64,000 nt of DNA from contig NW_003314261.1 in assembly GCF_000143415.4 (NCBI RefSeq), positions 4,814,691-4,878,690 on the forward strand, given 5' to 3'. The stretch is from Selaginella moellendorffii. Its lineage: Eukaryota > Plantae > Lycopodiophyta. The notes under the pieces are model-generated. The model worked only from the letters and a program-made list of their open reading frames with translations, searched no databases and was not told the DNA's origin. Each line of letters opens with the position of its first letter. Positions within the stretch are counted from its first letter, which is position 1. A program made the translations under genes and the position numbers. Below, piece by piece: positions 36,293 to 48,289 of this stretch.

Positions 36293-38220
36293 TGAAAACT
36301 GAGAACAAACTTATAAGGAGTAGCAAACCTGTCGCGCTTCCAAGTTCGATACAGCCATTGCTCCGACGTAAGGTAGTGCTTCGATCACTGCGTCTGCCAA
36401 GTCTGTGATGAATGTGGAATCGCAGTTGAGCGCCGGAACTCGACCCCAGTGGACTATTCCCGACTCCAGCGCAAGCTCTTTGTATTCCATGTCGATCTCC
36501 TCCAATGTCTCGATGTGCTCGCTGACAAAACTGCATGCATTGCAAGAAAAGTTGGTCTTTCTTGTTCACAAAAGATTTATACAAACCTGATTGGAACTGC
36601 CAAAAGGCTCTTAATACCGTTCTGACCAAGCTCTTTTATCTTCACATCTGTGTATGGCTTTAGCCATTCGACAGGACCAACGCGGCTCTGGTATATGAAA
36701 ACAACCACAAAATGAAAAACAAAAGAGAAACATCAAAGTGAGATAAATACCTGATATGCCAAGGAGTGAACGTTCTTCACACCCCTGCTCCGCAACTCAG
36801 ACATGATCAAGTCGACACATTCTTCCATTTCCGCTTTGTATGGATCCCCGGCTTCTTCTACATACGCCACCGGAACTCCATGAGCACTAAAAAAGATATG
36901 GACCTGCAAGCAGAAACGTAAAACTTTGAGAACGCAAGCAAAGAGCTCCCTTACGTCCTCAGGATTCGGAAACTTGGAAAACTCCTTTTCTATGAGAGAC
37001 GCCATAGCTTTTACATATCCTTCCCTCTGGTACCACGAAGGAATAACAGTGTGTTGCATGTTGACTAAATACTCATCCGACCTGCAATCAAGTTAAGCCT
37101 CAAACTACGAGCAACGATCGTGGTACCTAAAGATGCTTTCTAGAAGGCGCAAACTCGAACCGCTTGTGGAAATGGAAAACTGCGGGTAGAGTGGTAGAAC
37201 GACAAGCCTCGTTATTCTATCCTTCTTTATCTGCACATAAGCTACAATTTAAACGAGATATATAAGAAGAATTTCGGCTAACCTGTTCAATGGCTTCTTC
37301 CGTGAAAGGATGCCAGTATCGCATCCCAACATATACCGTTGCAGGCAAATGCTTGGTCTCCAAAGATTTTTGGAGAGCCCTGGCCTGTGAGAAACTAAAT
37401 ACTGTAACTAAAAGAATGCGTGGATCAAGCCTTGCCTGTTCTTCAGTTATTCTTCTCAACGGAGAACCTCCACCGATAGACGCATATCCTTCGGCACTCT
37501 TGGGAGCCCGAGCTGCCGAAATAAACTCCGCAAGTGGTTTCTGGAGGAACCGAAACAGTCGAGGCAGCCGGATGATGTCCTGAAATACTTAATGTTGTTA
37601 GAAAGTACGCGAAAATAAAATCAAGGAAACACAAAGGGAAGTAAAACAAATGAAAAGAGAAAGATGTTAAACTCACAGGATCGGAGAAAAGATTAAAAAG
37701 AAAGGGTTGCACGTCTTCGAGGGAGTCGGGTCCTCCAAGGTTCAGAAGCAAAACTCCCACTTTCTCGTCCTGTGGGAGCGCCAAAGGTTGCCGAGTTTCA
37801 CTCATCAAAGGTCCCACATCCACAGTTGCCTTCGTCATAAGCTTCCATGCGCTCTTTTGTGACCGTCTGGAAGCTTGAGACAAAGATCCGTATTTGCATG
37901 CGTGGTCTCCCAAGATCAGCACACTTGGCCTATAGATCCACAAAAAGAATTCATCAATACCATCGGAAGAAACAAAACTCAAACAAACGTGGCAAGGACA
38001 CAGTCACAATCCAAAGAAGAAGAAGCTTTCAATACACGCGAGGCACAGTTCACGCTTTGGAAGAACACATACCCGGCCTTTGCCTGACGCCTGCAAGACA
38101 CCTCACCAATGCGATTCCACTGCCGTGGTCTCTCGCCTGAACAGCGGAGCAGCTATATAATTTCCAGAAATCCCCCCAAAACTTACATGGATGAATCGCG
38201 AATTCTATCTGCTGCTGCAT
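36040..38220 (-). CDS. FC2: Ferrochelatase, plastid FC2-type with a C-terminal CAB/LHC-like helix (multi-exon; start codon tentative)
   Basis: [51 protein letters not shown] and [11 protein letters not shown]. Last exon [45 protein letters not shown]. Confidence 0.95.
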
Positions 38221-38421
38221 CGCCACCGCAGTCCAGCGCGCGTCCACAAGAATGTGAGCTCGCCGCCCGCCCTAGCGCGGCATTGGCGCTGCTCGCCACG
38301 GCAAACCCTAAAATCCTGGGCCGCTGACGTGGCAAAGCGGGAGCCCCAAATGCAACGCAAGGTTGACAATCGAGAGAGATGAAATCACATTCTTTACCCA
38401 GTTAAAGTTTGGTAAACAAGA

Positions 38422-38440
38422 AGGTTCATTGAACCTAGAC
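38422..38440 (+). promoter_or_regulatory. UPE-box-like element (SLIM1/EIL3-type sulfur-deficiency element)
   Basis: AGGTTCATTGAACCTAGAC matches the first 19 positions of the UPE consensus as I recall it, AG(G/A)T(T/A)CATTGAA(T/C)CT(A/G)GAC(A/G). It lies 155 bp upstream of the LSU-like ATG. Confidence 0.8.
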
Positions 38441-38595
38441 TGGCTTGTGGCGCGAAACTTCTCCAGTCAATCAGGACCGTTGAACGCGCGCGTTTTCCAG
38501 AACGGAAGATCTCAGGTTGGTTCCCAATAAATAGGACCTTGGTTTGCGCGTAGAAACTCTGCTATTCTTACACATCGATTCCATCGCAGAGCGAA

Positions 38596-39099
38596 ATGGC
38601 AATGGCAGAGAGAGAGATCGCGCTCACGGAAGAGCTGCGATCGGTGGCGGAGAGGAATCAGAAGCTGGAGAGGGCGCTGGCATCGAGCAGGGCGCGCGAG
38701 GAATCGCTGTGGAAGAAGATCGATCTCATGAGGATCGAGGAGCGGAAGCTGGAGGAGGCGGAGGAGCGTCTGTGCGCGCAGCTGGGGCAGCTGGAGGTGG
38801 AGTACATGGAGCAGAGCCGAGCCCACAAGGAGCAATTGGAGATGGAGCGATCGGCTCACTCGCGAGATCTCCAGCGCTTGGCGGAGGAATTTGCGGCGGT
38901 GGAGCGGAGACTGGAGGAGGCGCAGGCGAAGCTCGAGCTCTACGCCAGCAATGGGGATCGCCCGCGAGAGACGATCCATCGCCAGGATCAAGGATCGCTG
39001 CTCAAGAGCTCTGGAGATCAAAAGCTCGGGAAGAATGGAGGAGGCTTGGAGAGATTGCTGGTGATGTGGTCCAAGCCGGCTGTGGAGAGTTTTGCGTGA
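38596..39099 (+). CDS. RESPONSE TO LOW SULFUR (LSU/UP9)-like coiled-coil protein, 167 aa, intronless
   Basis: LEEAEERLCAQLGQLEVEYMEQSRAH matches the LSU signature (A)EEAEE(R/Q)LCSQL(A/G)ELEVE..EQAR.Y. The N-terminal EELR..AERN..LE also fits, and a UPE-box lies upstream. Confidence 0.82.
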   Translation: MAMAEREIALTEELRSVAERNQKLERALASSRAREESLWKKIDLMRIEERKLEEAEERLCAQLGQLEVEYMEQSRAHKEQLEMERSAHSRDLQRLAEEFAAVERRLEEAQAKLELYASNGDRPRETIHRQDQGSLLKSSGDQKLGKNGGGLERLLVMWSKPAVESFA

Positions 39100-39560
39100 G
39101 ATTGATGGAATAGTTAGCTTGCATTGATAGATCATTGTACCTTTGTAGATTGGGAAGAAACAAAAATGGAAAAAAAGCTGTTGCGTGGTACCAAAAAATC
39201 ATCCATCAAGATCAAGGATAAAAAAACAAAAAATCTTGGTACTTTTCTACTTCATGCAACAAACAAGAACACCACAAAATCACTCAAGATCAACACTACG
39301 TTCTAAGGTTTTACTTTGTAAAAATATCGAAATCAGATCCAAACAGGCAAAAAGCTCACCGTCATTTTCAACTTTATTCTTCCAAACCCCACAAACTTTG
39401 ACTTGTTCCATCTTCACTCAATGCTCTTAATCTGTAGTACAAGATGGCTGAAAGATCATAGTCCCTTCATTGAAGTTCTTGGGTGGAAAGACAAAAGAAA
39501 ACCTCGCAGGCTTTGATCAGCACAAACAAGATCGTGCAAACCTTTCTCTCTCGCGCGCGT

Positions 39561-40291
39561 CTAGGCAAAAGTGTTTGGCCTCTTGGCCTTGAACGTCGTC
39601 TTGAGCTTCCGGCTGGGCGCGCGGATCTTCCGGTTCATGAGCGGGAACTTGATCTCCGAGCTGTGGAACTGCTTGGTGTTCTCGCGCTTGCAAGCACTGT
39701 CCGGGACGCTCGCCGTCTTGATGATCTGGATGCAGGGGAATCGGACGCGGTGCCGCGACGCCATCTCGTCATACATTTGCTCCACCGCGCCGTTCAAGGT
39801 GATGTCGCGGTACTCCTTGTACATGTTGTGGTACCCCGTCCGGCTCTGGTACCTCACCCAGATGCCATAGTTCTTGATCGTGGTCGGGTTCTTCTCGAAA
39901 ATCTGTGTCACGAAGTTCCAAAGTTCTCACTTGTAAGGCTCGAGAAAAGAAAGAAAAAGAAAGAACTTTACCTCGTTGATAGCGAGGATCTGGCCGTGAG
40001 ACTTCTTCACCTTCTTGAGCTTGCGAAGGAAGTACCTAGAGTGAAAGAAAGGTAAATCGAGAGAAAATGGAAATGGATCGATCGATCCAATCGACTCCAC
40101 TCACCAGAATTTGGACTTGGCGCGCACTTCGTCGCCGGCCCAGAGCTTCATCCGGTACATCTTTGGGTGCTCATTGTCGGGAGTGGGAGTAGCTCTCCCG
40201 ACCACCTGGTACTGATGAAACTGCGAGACAATGGGAGGGATCAATCGATGGATCGAGCGCTCGAGCTGCGAATTCTTACCCGGAACTTCAT
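39561..40291 (-). CDS. RPL18a: 60S ribosomal protein L18a (eL20), multi-exon
   Basis: MKFR | [13 protein letters not shown]...[17 protein letters not shown] | [20 protein letters not shown] | [33 protein letters not shown]...[10 protein letters not shown]. Telo-box at 40345. Confidence 0.97.
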
Positions 40292-40466
40292 CGCGCCGCG
40301 CCTCGCCTCTTTCTCCCGCAGCCGCCCAAATGCGAAGACCCTCTAAACCCTAGGCGTGGAAAGCCGTCCGATTGATTTGCCCTAACACGGACGGCATCGG
40401 AGACGCGTCCGCGGTTCGATACCTTTCGTGGCCGTGATTTAGCTCAGGGTTTAGATTTTGGAACCT

Positions 40467-42232
40467 ATGCCCAGTGGCGGATTCTTGCGCAATCCTCTGG
40501 ATCGGCTGCCGGGCGGCATTCTTGCGGTCTGGATCGATCTGATCGTTGCGTTTTGTAGGGAAAATCCTGTGGAAGGGCTTTCCTCGAGTTTGTCGCGTCC
40601 TTGCTGCGGACGATGATCCTCATTTTCTGGGAGAGATCAAGCTTAAGCTCGAGATCTTTCACTACTGCGGTAAGATCGATCGTTTAAGAGCTCTCTGGGA
40701 ATTTTCTTTACAATGTTGGCAGTGACAACGTTTGTGAATGGAGACTCTGTTCGTGAAGCATTACAAATGGAGCCATGCTCGTTTCATACAGCTTTGCTGG
40801 GGAGCAAGAACATCAAAGGCCTTGAAATCCTCTCTACACCACGATGTGTACCTATAATTTGTGAGTTTTAAGCATTTGGCAGTGGTTTCTAGCATAGAGG
40901 ATATGGCGATCACGATGCAAGGCATTGCTGTAAGGTTTATGTTTCTGAAAGTGGATTTTCCTATCGCAAAGTTTTTTAAACAGGCTGGTGCTGCTGGCTT
41001 TCTTTGAAAACGAACTATTGACGACGAAACACTCAAAAATCTTTGGCAGCATGTAGCAAGAAAGGTACAAAATGTATGTTTTGTTTCTTCAATCAGCTAA
41101 GTAAATTTCCAGGCTTTGAAGGAGCAGAGCCGAGTCCATCTTCATCCAATCGATGAACCAACAATCTCTACAAAACATACTTCTACAACTGAAGATCAAT
41201 CCAAGACACAACTAGAACAATCATCTAACGCAACATCTGACAGCATTCCCACTCTAGTTACATCTCAAAGTAACAATATCTCAGGTAGTGTTTTGGAGTT
41301 TTTACTCGTGAGGCTGATTGTCATGTATGAGAAGAAGCAATGGGAAATAAAATCGTATGCTGGCGAGAGCGTGAATGGTCAGCTGACTTCTAGCAATGAC
41401 GAAGTGACGCTGGATGACGAGCTGGAGTCCATACAAAGGTCAGCATCTGACCATAGCGGAACCGTCGATGCCGCTCAACAAGAGCAACACATGCAACGTG
41501 TAGAAAACTGTCGCAAAAAAGAACGATCTTTAACAACGAAAAAAACAAAGGTAAGAACGCCTCTTCTCTCTTATGCACTTGACGATGTTTCTTCTCAGGT
41601 TGATTGGAACCCAGATCTTCACCGGTTGTTTGTTCAAACTGTAGAGGAACTCGGCTTGGAGAAAGCGATTCCATCTCGAATTCTGGAAATCATGGGTGTT
41701 GAGTCCCTCACACGCCATAATGTTGCCAGTCACTTACAGGTACAAGAACATCATTGTATGCTTGTGTAAACACTATTTTCAGAAGTATCGTGCTCAGAGG
41801 AAGCGCAAGCGCGCTGAATCGAAACAGAAGTGCTCAAGCTTAGAGCCGCTGAATAAACGCGATTGTCTACACATCCAACCTTCTCCATCCATTCCTTCTA
41901 CGTGCCTGGCCATGTATGGGGACTCCCTGCTCAAGGTTGGCCACCTCCAAAGCCTTTGCACCAGGTACTCGTAGAGTTCCTTTTCAGTATGGGTGCCTGA
42001 TTCTAGTTTTTGCAGAATTCCATTTCCGCATGGCAGACAACGGGTCCACCTGCAAAGCATGTATGTGTTGTTTTTAAGCACCGACTTGTTTTCTCTGAAT
42101 TTGCAGTCAAGAAACGCAAACAAAGATGAATCGCGTGTAAGGTCTAAACTATCTTTACCGATGGGACTTAAGCCTCCGATGATCGCGGGTCTAATCGAAG
42201 AACTCAGGAAACTGGCTCAAAGAGCTAAGTGA
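40467..42232 (+). CDS. APRR2/GLK-family GARP transcription factor with a pseudo-receiver domain; apparent premature stop; start tentative
   Basis: Receiver-like [21 protein letters not shown]...[19 protein letters not shown]. Myb/[51 protein letters not shown]|KYR. C-terminal GCT-box-like LPMGLKPP. Confidence 0.82.
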
Positions 42233-42533
42233 AGATTCAACGAGGGCAGGCTGTATGGTGGGCTCTTCAGCGGAGTAGCTGATGGATCATCCAAACATCC
42301 CGTAAGCCGAACTTGGACTTTCAATATTGGATAGCTGAACTAGTCAGACTCTTGACTTCGAGAACAGACTGGGAAGACGCACTCTCTTCTGAGCTGCAAC
42401 TACAGGTAGCTAAAACTAGTGCTTGATCTTTGTTTTAATCCTTTGGTGTTTGCAGGAGTCGAGTACCTGCGAGAAGAGTCCAGTTAAATCATATGAAACT
42501 GAAACCGAGACATTACAGCAGGTAGCTTACCTC

Positions 42534-43025
42534 CTAGAAGAGTGATCCCGCTCCTGATCCTGCTCTGGGTGACTTTGCAGGATACTCGGGCACTCTATTT
42601 CCTCTCTCGTCATACAGGATGAGGCCAGAGAAATCCGGAGGCTCGCACTTCTCGCCCGTGAGAATCGTTCTCTGCCACACGGCTCCCGTGTTCTCCCAGA
42701 ACATATCGTCCTGCTTCCTGTACTGCTGCTCCACGCGCAAAAGAGCAGCTTTGCGCTTGGCTTCCTTGCGCTTTGACAACCACTTGAGCTTGGCCAAGGC
42801 CCTTGGAGTTAAACATCCTTCGCTGCCAGAGAGCGAGCCAGACCTGTCGAGCGAATCCTCCGAGTCTGCTAACTCCTTGCTAGAAATTCTCTTGACGGTA
42901 AACATTCCCAGCAGCGTAGCGAACCATCTCGTCATGTGATTCATCGTGCTCCTTGTTTTTCGATGCAGGCTAGCTAGCTCGGCCTGCTGAGTAGCGAGTG
43001 AGATAGGCTGGAGAGCCGCAGACAA
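42534..43025 (-). CDS. Conserved uncharacterized land-plant protein; 5' end uncertain
   Basis: C-terminal motif VWQRTILTGEKCEPPDFSGLILYDERGNR...SPR resembles the plant 'WQKTILMGEKC.P..FSG.I.YD..G' family. Confidence 0.75.
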   Translation of the reverse strand: MSAALQPISLATQQAELASLHRKTRSTMNHMTRWFATLLGMFTVKRISSKELADSEDSLDRSGSLSGSEGCLTPRALAKLKWLSKRKEAKRKAALLRVEQQYRKQDDMFWENTGAVWQRTILTGEKCEPPDFSGLILYDERGNRVPEYPAKSPRAGSGAGSLF

Positions 43026-44408
43026 AGGGGCTTGTCTCTTACCTCGAAGAGAGCGTAAGTTTTTCTAGACGATCCCGCTATCCTTGTTTGACTCGCAAAG
43101 CCCGAAGTGCACCTTGCAGATTGGTGCGAATGTTCGCTGGCGTGCCATATATCAGTTCGTGCGCATGAGTGCTCCCGGAGTGGAGCGAGGCTCGCTCACA
43201 CGTCGACGAATCCACTTACCGAGTGAAAGGTGAAAGAGAATTTGGAGTCGCAATCAACTATGCGGCCCCGGAACAAGATGGAGGGAGGGATAGACGAGAA
43301 AGAGAGATCATATATAAAGGTAGACACTGAACACTCTCTTGCGTCGCCGTGGATTAATTCCTTTGAGCTACAGGAATCGAGAGAACAGCAGCGGTCAATC
43401 AGTATATATTTCCATCGTCAAAAACTATATCTTTTGTAAGCTGGCTTGCCTTTGCTTTGCTCGATCACCCGGCTAACTCTCTTTCTCGCGCAGGCTTTTC
43501 AGAAAATGTAGTGTAAGGAAGGTCGGTGGTAGCAGCCAGGAAGGCGAGAGAGAAACTTTAATACGAGGACAGCTCGCAGTGGACGGTCAATAATCAAAGG
43601 TCAATCCTTCAACTGCCATAGCTTTTCTTTAACTTGCTTACGGACACACAGAGGGAGCGAGAGGAGACCACGCGGCCAAGAAGACGAAGATAGACTCACG
43701 CAAATAAGATCGATTCGTGAGAGCTTCCTTACACAGGTAAGCGTTGAAGACAAGTTCTTCTTTCGCTTTGGAAAAATATATCTCCGACACTCCCGGGTCT
43801 CTCTCTCTAGGTGGGTGTTGAATCGATTTGCCTCGCTGGTGTCACTCACAACTCGTGTTCGTGATATTCAAAGGTGGGCGATGGATGGACGAGCACTAGC
43901 CGAGCTCAGCGGAGTTTTATAGCGAAAACAAAGACGAGAGTAATCCGCAAGGCGAGACAACACAGTGTTCCCGTGAGCCGGAAGAAAGAACAAACTACCA
44001 ACAATGGTTTTAGTCGGTTTTAGCAGTGGCCTGGATACTTCCACCGCCCTCGACATCGAAGCGATCGAAGTGAGAGCGAGGCAAGACTACTTTTTTGTGA
44101 TTGACAAGGCTGGCCCATCCTCTTTTGTTCTTAGTTCCAACCAGTTTCGACAAGACCAACCGGAGCGAGATATGAAAGAGACAACAATTCTTGTATCAAC
44201 CGCAAGTTTCTCGTGAACTTACATGGAGGATCAAGAAGGTACTTTCAAAAGCAAGCTCTCTAGATTTTTTTTTAATCTTTTGCTTTGGCAGTCACGCCCT
44301 GTAACTGGAAGATGATTGAGAACCGGACTACCAGTGGGGACTACGCACTCACCAGCCGAAAGAAGTCCGGAAGAAGAAACAAAGCGAGGAAGTTGCCCAG
44401 CCGACATC

Positions 44409-45980
44409 TCACGTAGTAGCCTCGGCGATGCTACTCGCAAGGACGCTGCCAAAGTTATTGAAGTAGTTGTCGGGCTCCGTCACGAAGCAGGAGATGATGT
44501 CGCGCAAAGTCACCACACCCACGATGCGTTGCTTGTCGTCCACGATGTGGATGCGGTGGATGCCTTTTGTGGAGAGCACGTCGATCACCTCGCCCAGGCT
44601 GGTGCTCTCCTCGCAAGTTATCGGCGGCATCATCAGCGCTGGATGGGGGTCGTGAGTGGACGACTTGGCGCTGTGCATGAAATCATACACCGTCAACTCC
44701 CTGCGCAGTAAAGAAAAAGCGAGTTACTACTTCGTCAACTAGAAGAAAATCTGTGGTTACCTCCGCCTGGAACAAAGCTCGGGTTGAAGCAACAAGAACC
44801 GGATGTCCCGCATGCTGATGTTTCCAACCAGTTCCTTCTGCTCGCCTTTCACGACCGGCAGACCGCCAACGTTCTTCTCGCGCATGAGCACGAAGGCGTC
44901 GAGTACCAACTTGTCTGCATCAATCGACACCACCTGTGGGAGCCGCGTTAGAGACATGAGGAAGAGATGGAGAAAGACAAACCTGGTCCGGGGTCATGCG
45001 AGGCAGTCCCAGTTGAAAGATACTCTTGTCGGCAATGAAGTCGAACCAGTCACGTCCGCGGCACATCGCCAGGCCCTTGACAACAGCCGACTGAGTTATC
45101 AAGTTCTTCACCGTCGGCTGGTCCTTGTCCACGATCGGGATGCTCCGGAGCCGAAACTTGGACAGCAGCAACAGAACCGTCAGCATGGTGTCGTCCGGTT
45201 GCACGGGAAGAAACGGAGCCCATCGAAACGACTTCGTGATCTCCCAGACCTGCAGAGCAAAAACGAAGGAGATACAAAAGATAAGCTGGTGGAAGACATA
45301 CTACGTTACCTTGGTGGACTTGAAAGGCTCTTCGTTGAGAATGACCCGGAAGAAATCCTCGCCGAGAGAGTCCGCCGCAGTGGAAGCATTCTTTCCAGGT
45401 CCTTTGTCCGCAGCCACACCACCAGCTATGGCGGCACCCACGGCAGCAGCAGTGAGTCCCACGACAACTCCGGGTCCTGTGGCTCCGAGTGCCAGAGCTC
45501 CGAGAGCTCCAACAGCGCCGGCTCCCATTCCAGCCGCTGCTGCCGAGCCGGAGGCTAGAGCGGTGGCAGCAAGCTCGGCCTTTTCCAGCACCCAGAGGAT
45601 GATCACCGAGTAGTCCACCATCCCCAAGTAACGCTCGGACCAGCGCTCCTTGGCGTCGGCGTCTGGGATCTTCACGGGTGCCGAGAAGATGTTCTTCTCC
45701 GAGAGAATTCGAACGGTGTCGGCGATGGTTGTATCAGCTGCGATCTCCACGACTGTGATCCACGATCATGCAAAGAAGTTTTTTTTTCAGTAGAGTTCCT
45801 ACGATGGGAATTTCTCATACCTTCGCCAGACGGCACGTCCGGGAAGTAAGAAACTGGGATCTTCGCGAAGGCGGAGTTGAGGAGCTCCTGGATCCCTGAG
45901 GGGACGCCCCGCTGGCACAGAACCCTCTCGTGCTCGTTCCACAGCCTCACGAGCTCCGAATGTAGATCCTCCGACGCCAT
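44409..45980 (-). CDS. SNF1-related kinase (SnRK1) regulatory subunit gamma-like, CBS-domain protein (multi-exon)
   Basis: LNSAFAKIPVSYFP, ILSEKNIFSAPV, RYLGMVDYS, a Gly/Ala-rich insert, LLLLSKFRLRSIP and IHRIHIVD...VGVVTLRDIISCFV. Confidence 0.92.
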
Positions 45981-46369
45981 GGCAGTCCCTAATCCCTGAT
46001 CTGTGAGAGAAACTCGCCGATCGGCAGCTGCAAGAAGAGCGCATCGGCCAAGAAATGCGAAATGCGTCGCCGCGATCTTGCTACGCGACGATCATACCTG
46101 GAATGACGTGCAAATCTCCCGCAAAGAAGAGCGCGATCACATAAACCCTAAGAAAACACTGTGAAAAGAAAGTCGCACAGTGAGAGATGAGGTGGCGGCC
46201 TTTCAGGCCACCAGCTGGGATTACAGCAAGACGACACGTGTAGAGCGAGTAAGTTCCACAGGGGTTTTCTAGGGTTTTCTTCCGATCACAGATTTCTGGA
46301 TCGATTGATGTTTGCGATCACGGTATGGATCTCTACATTGCTAAATTTCTCTCGTATGTTTGTTTCCAG

Positions 46370-47993
46370 ATGGATTTCGCGGAGATCGATAGGCACCTGG
46401 GCGCTGCATGGCTCGGCGCTGCTTTAATCTGTGTCGCGGCGGCGCTGCCAATTAAAGCGCTCCATCCTCTCCGATCTCTGGTGCTTGCCTGCTGCCGTAG
46501 AGGAAAGCTCCTCCATTCTTCTTCTTCTTCTTCGTCAAAGGTAAGCATTTAATTAATAGTTCCATAGCTAGGAAGAAATCATAGCTTTCTCCACTGGATT
46601 TTTCTCATGTCGACATACTCCACACTCCATCTATTTCAATTCACTTCCATAGCTTCCTTTCCCTTAGGTAGAAACCATAGCTTTCTCCACTGTGGATTTT
46701 TTTCTCCACACTCCACAGTGCCAACTTCAATTTTCCTTTCCATTTCAATTCACTTCCATAGCTTCCTTTCCCTTAGGTAGAAACCAACTGTGGATTTTTT
46801 CTCCACGTACTCCAACAGTGTCAACTTACATTTTCCTTGCAGAGATTCACTGTTCCACAGAGCTTCTTCACGCACTTCTACGTTGTTGGTGTGACTTGGA
46901 ACACTCTTTTGCTCGCCGCGGCCACACTCTCGTCGTGCATGTGTACACTATCATCAGCATCAGATGGAATCCAGTTCTCGGCGCTGGTCGAGCAATTCAC
47001 CGGGGCTGGAGCTTCCGCCGGCTCGGGCTCCATCCCGTCCATGGCCAAGCAGAAGCAACGGGGCTGGACGGTCGTCCTTTTGCTACTCCTTATGGAGCTC
47101 CAGGTGTGCCGGAGGCTTTACGAGTCCCTGATGGTTCTATCCTATGGCCCGGACGCTCGGATGCATCTCCTCGGCTACCTCGTCGGACTCTTGTGAGTAG
47201 CACTGCTTTTGGTTTTCTCGAGTTTCCGGACTTGGAGAGCTTACTTTTCTCAGCTTCTATGTGGCAGCTCCGCTCTCGCTGTGCTGCCAAGAAATCGGAG
47301 AGATCATGATCAACACTCTCGGCACGGTCTCACAGGGCCGGTTACGGAGTTCGTGCGCTTGGAACCCCGACACGCGGTGGTGGGAATGTTTCCATTACTC
47401 ACCGTGGAGGCTGAACTGGTACCAGTGGCTGGGTGCGCTACTCTTTCTATGGGGGTGGTACCACCAGTACAAGTGCCATCAGATCTTGGTAAGTGCTCCT
47501 CGTTTTCTGGACTTCTGGAAAGGCCGGCTCCTTAATCGGGCTTTGCTTTTACTCTCTAGGCCTCGCTCTCGAGCGAAGAAGAGTCAGGAGAAGGCAAAAC
47601 GTACGTGATACCATATGGGGACTGGTTTGACAAAGTTTCCTGTGCTCATTACCTCTCCGAGATCGTAAGTTCATTCCCCCGGAGCTTCGCATCATACTTC
47701 CGACTTAAACTCCTCTACTTTTTTTTTTGGAAAGGTCATGTACTTCGGCCTCGTGTTTGCAAGTGGAGGGACGCAAGCTACGATATGGTTTTTACTCGCC
47801 TGGGTGGTACTAAATTCTTTTTTTCTTTTTCTTTTTTTGTCGATAAAGGTGGAAATTTGATCGTGATTTTTTATTTTGTTTCGTCCAGTTCTCAAATCTC
47901 TATCTGGCCGCCAAGGAAACACATGAGTGGTATCTGTCCAAGTTCGAGAACTATCCCAAGAACAGGAAGGCGTTAATACCGTTTCTTTACTGA
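46370..47993 (+). CDS. PPRD: Polyprenol reductase (steroid 5-alpha-reductase family), multi-exon
   Basis: [72 protein letters not shown], and [17 protein letters not shown]. Confidence 0.93.
46560..46830. repeat. Imperfect tandem repeat (~110-bp period) in intron 1 of PPRD
   Basis: atttcaattcacttccatagcttcctttcccttaggtagaaacca occurs at ~46633 and ~46742, with a partial unit at ~46560. Confidence 0.85.
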
Positions 47994-48289
47994 AGCATGG
48001 CAAGCACATATGTATATCTATGAATGTACACGACGAAGAAAGCAAAGTTTGTAAGTATACTGCCCGAGTTTGTGTCAATAAATTCCCAGGATCTTGGTAC
48101 GGTGCTTTAACATGTTTTTCTTTTTACTGTAGTAATAAAAGTAAGTACTTCGCTAATCATCCCCCGCATCCAGCAGTTTTCTTTACAGTAAAAGCAGTAC
48201 CACCAGGTGGGGGGGATGGCGTAAAAAACCCACACGAAGAACCAAAAACAAAAGAGAAGAGAGAAAAAGCTTCGCTTTTGGCGTCGCGA

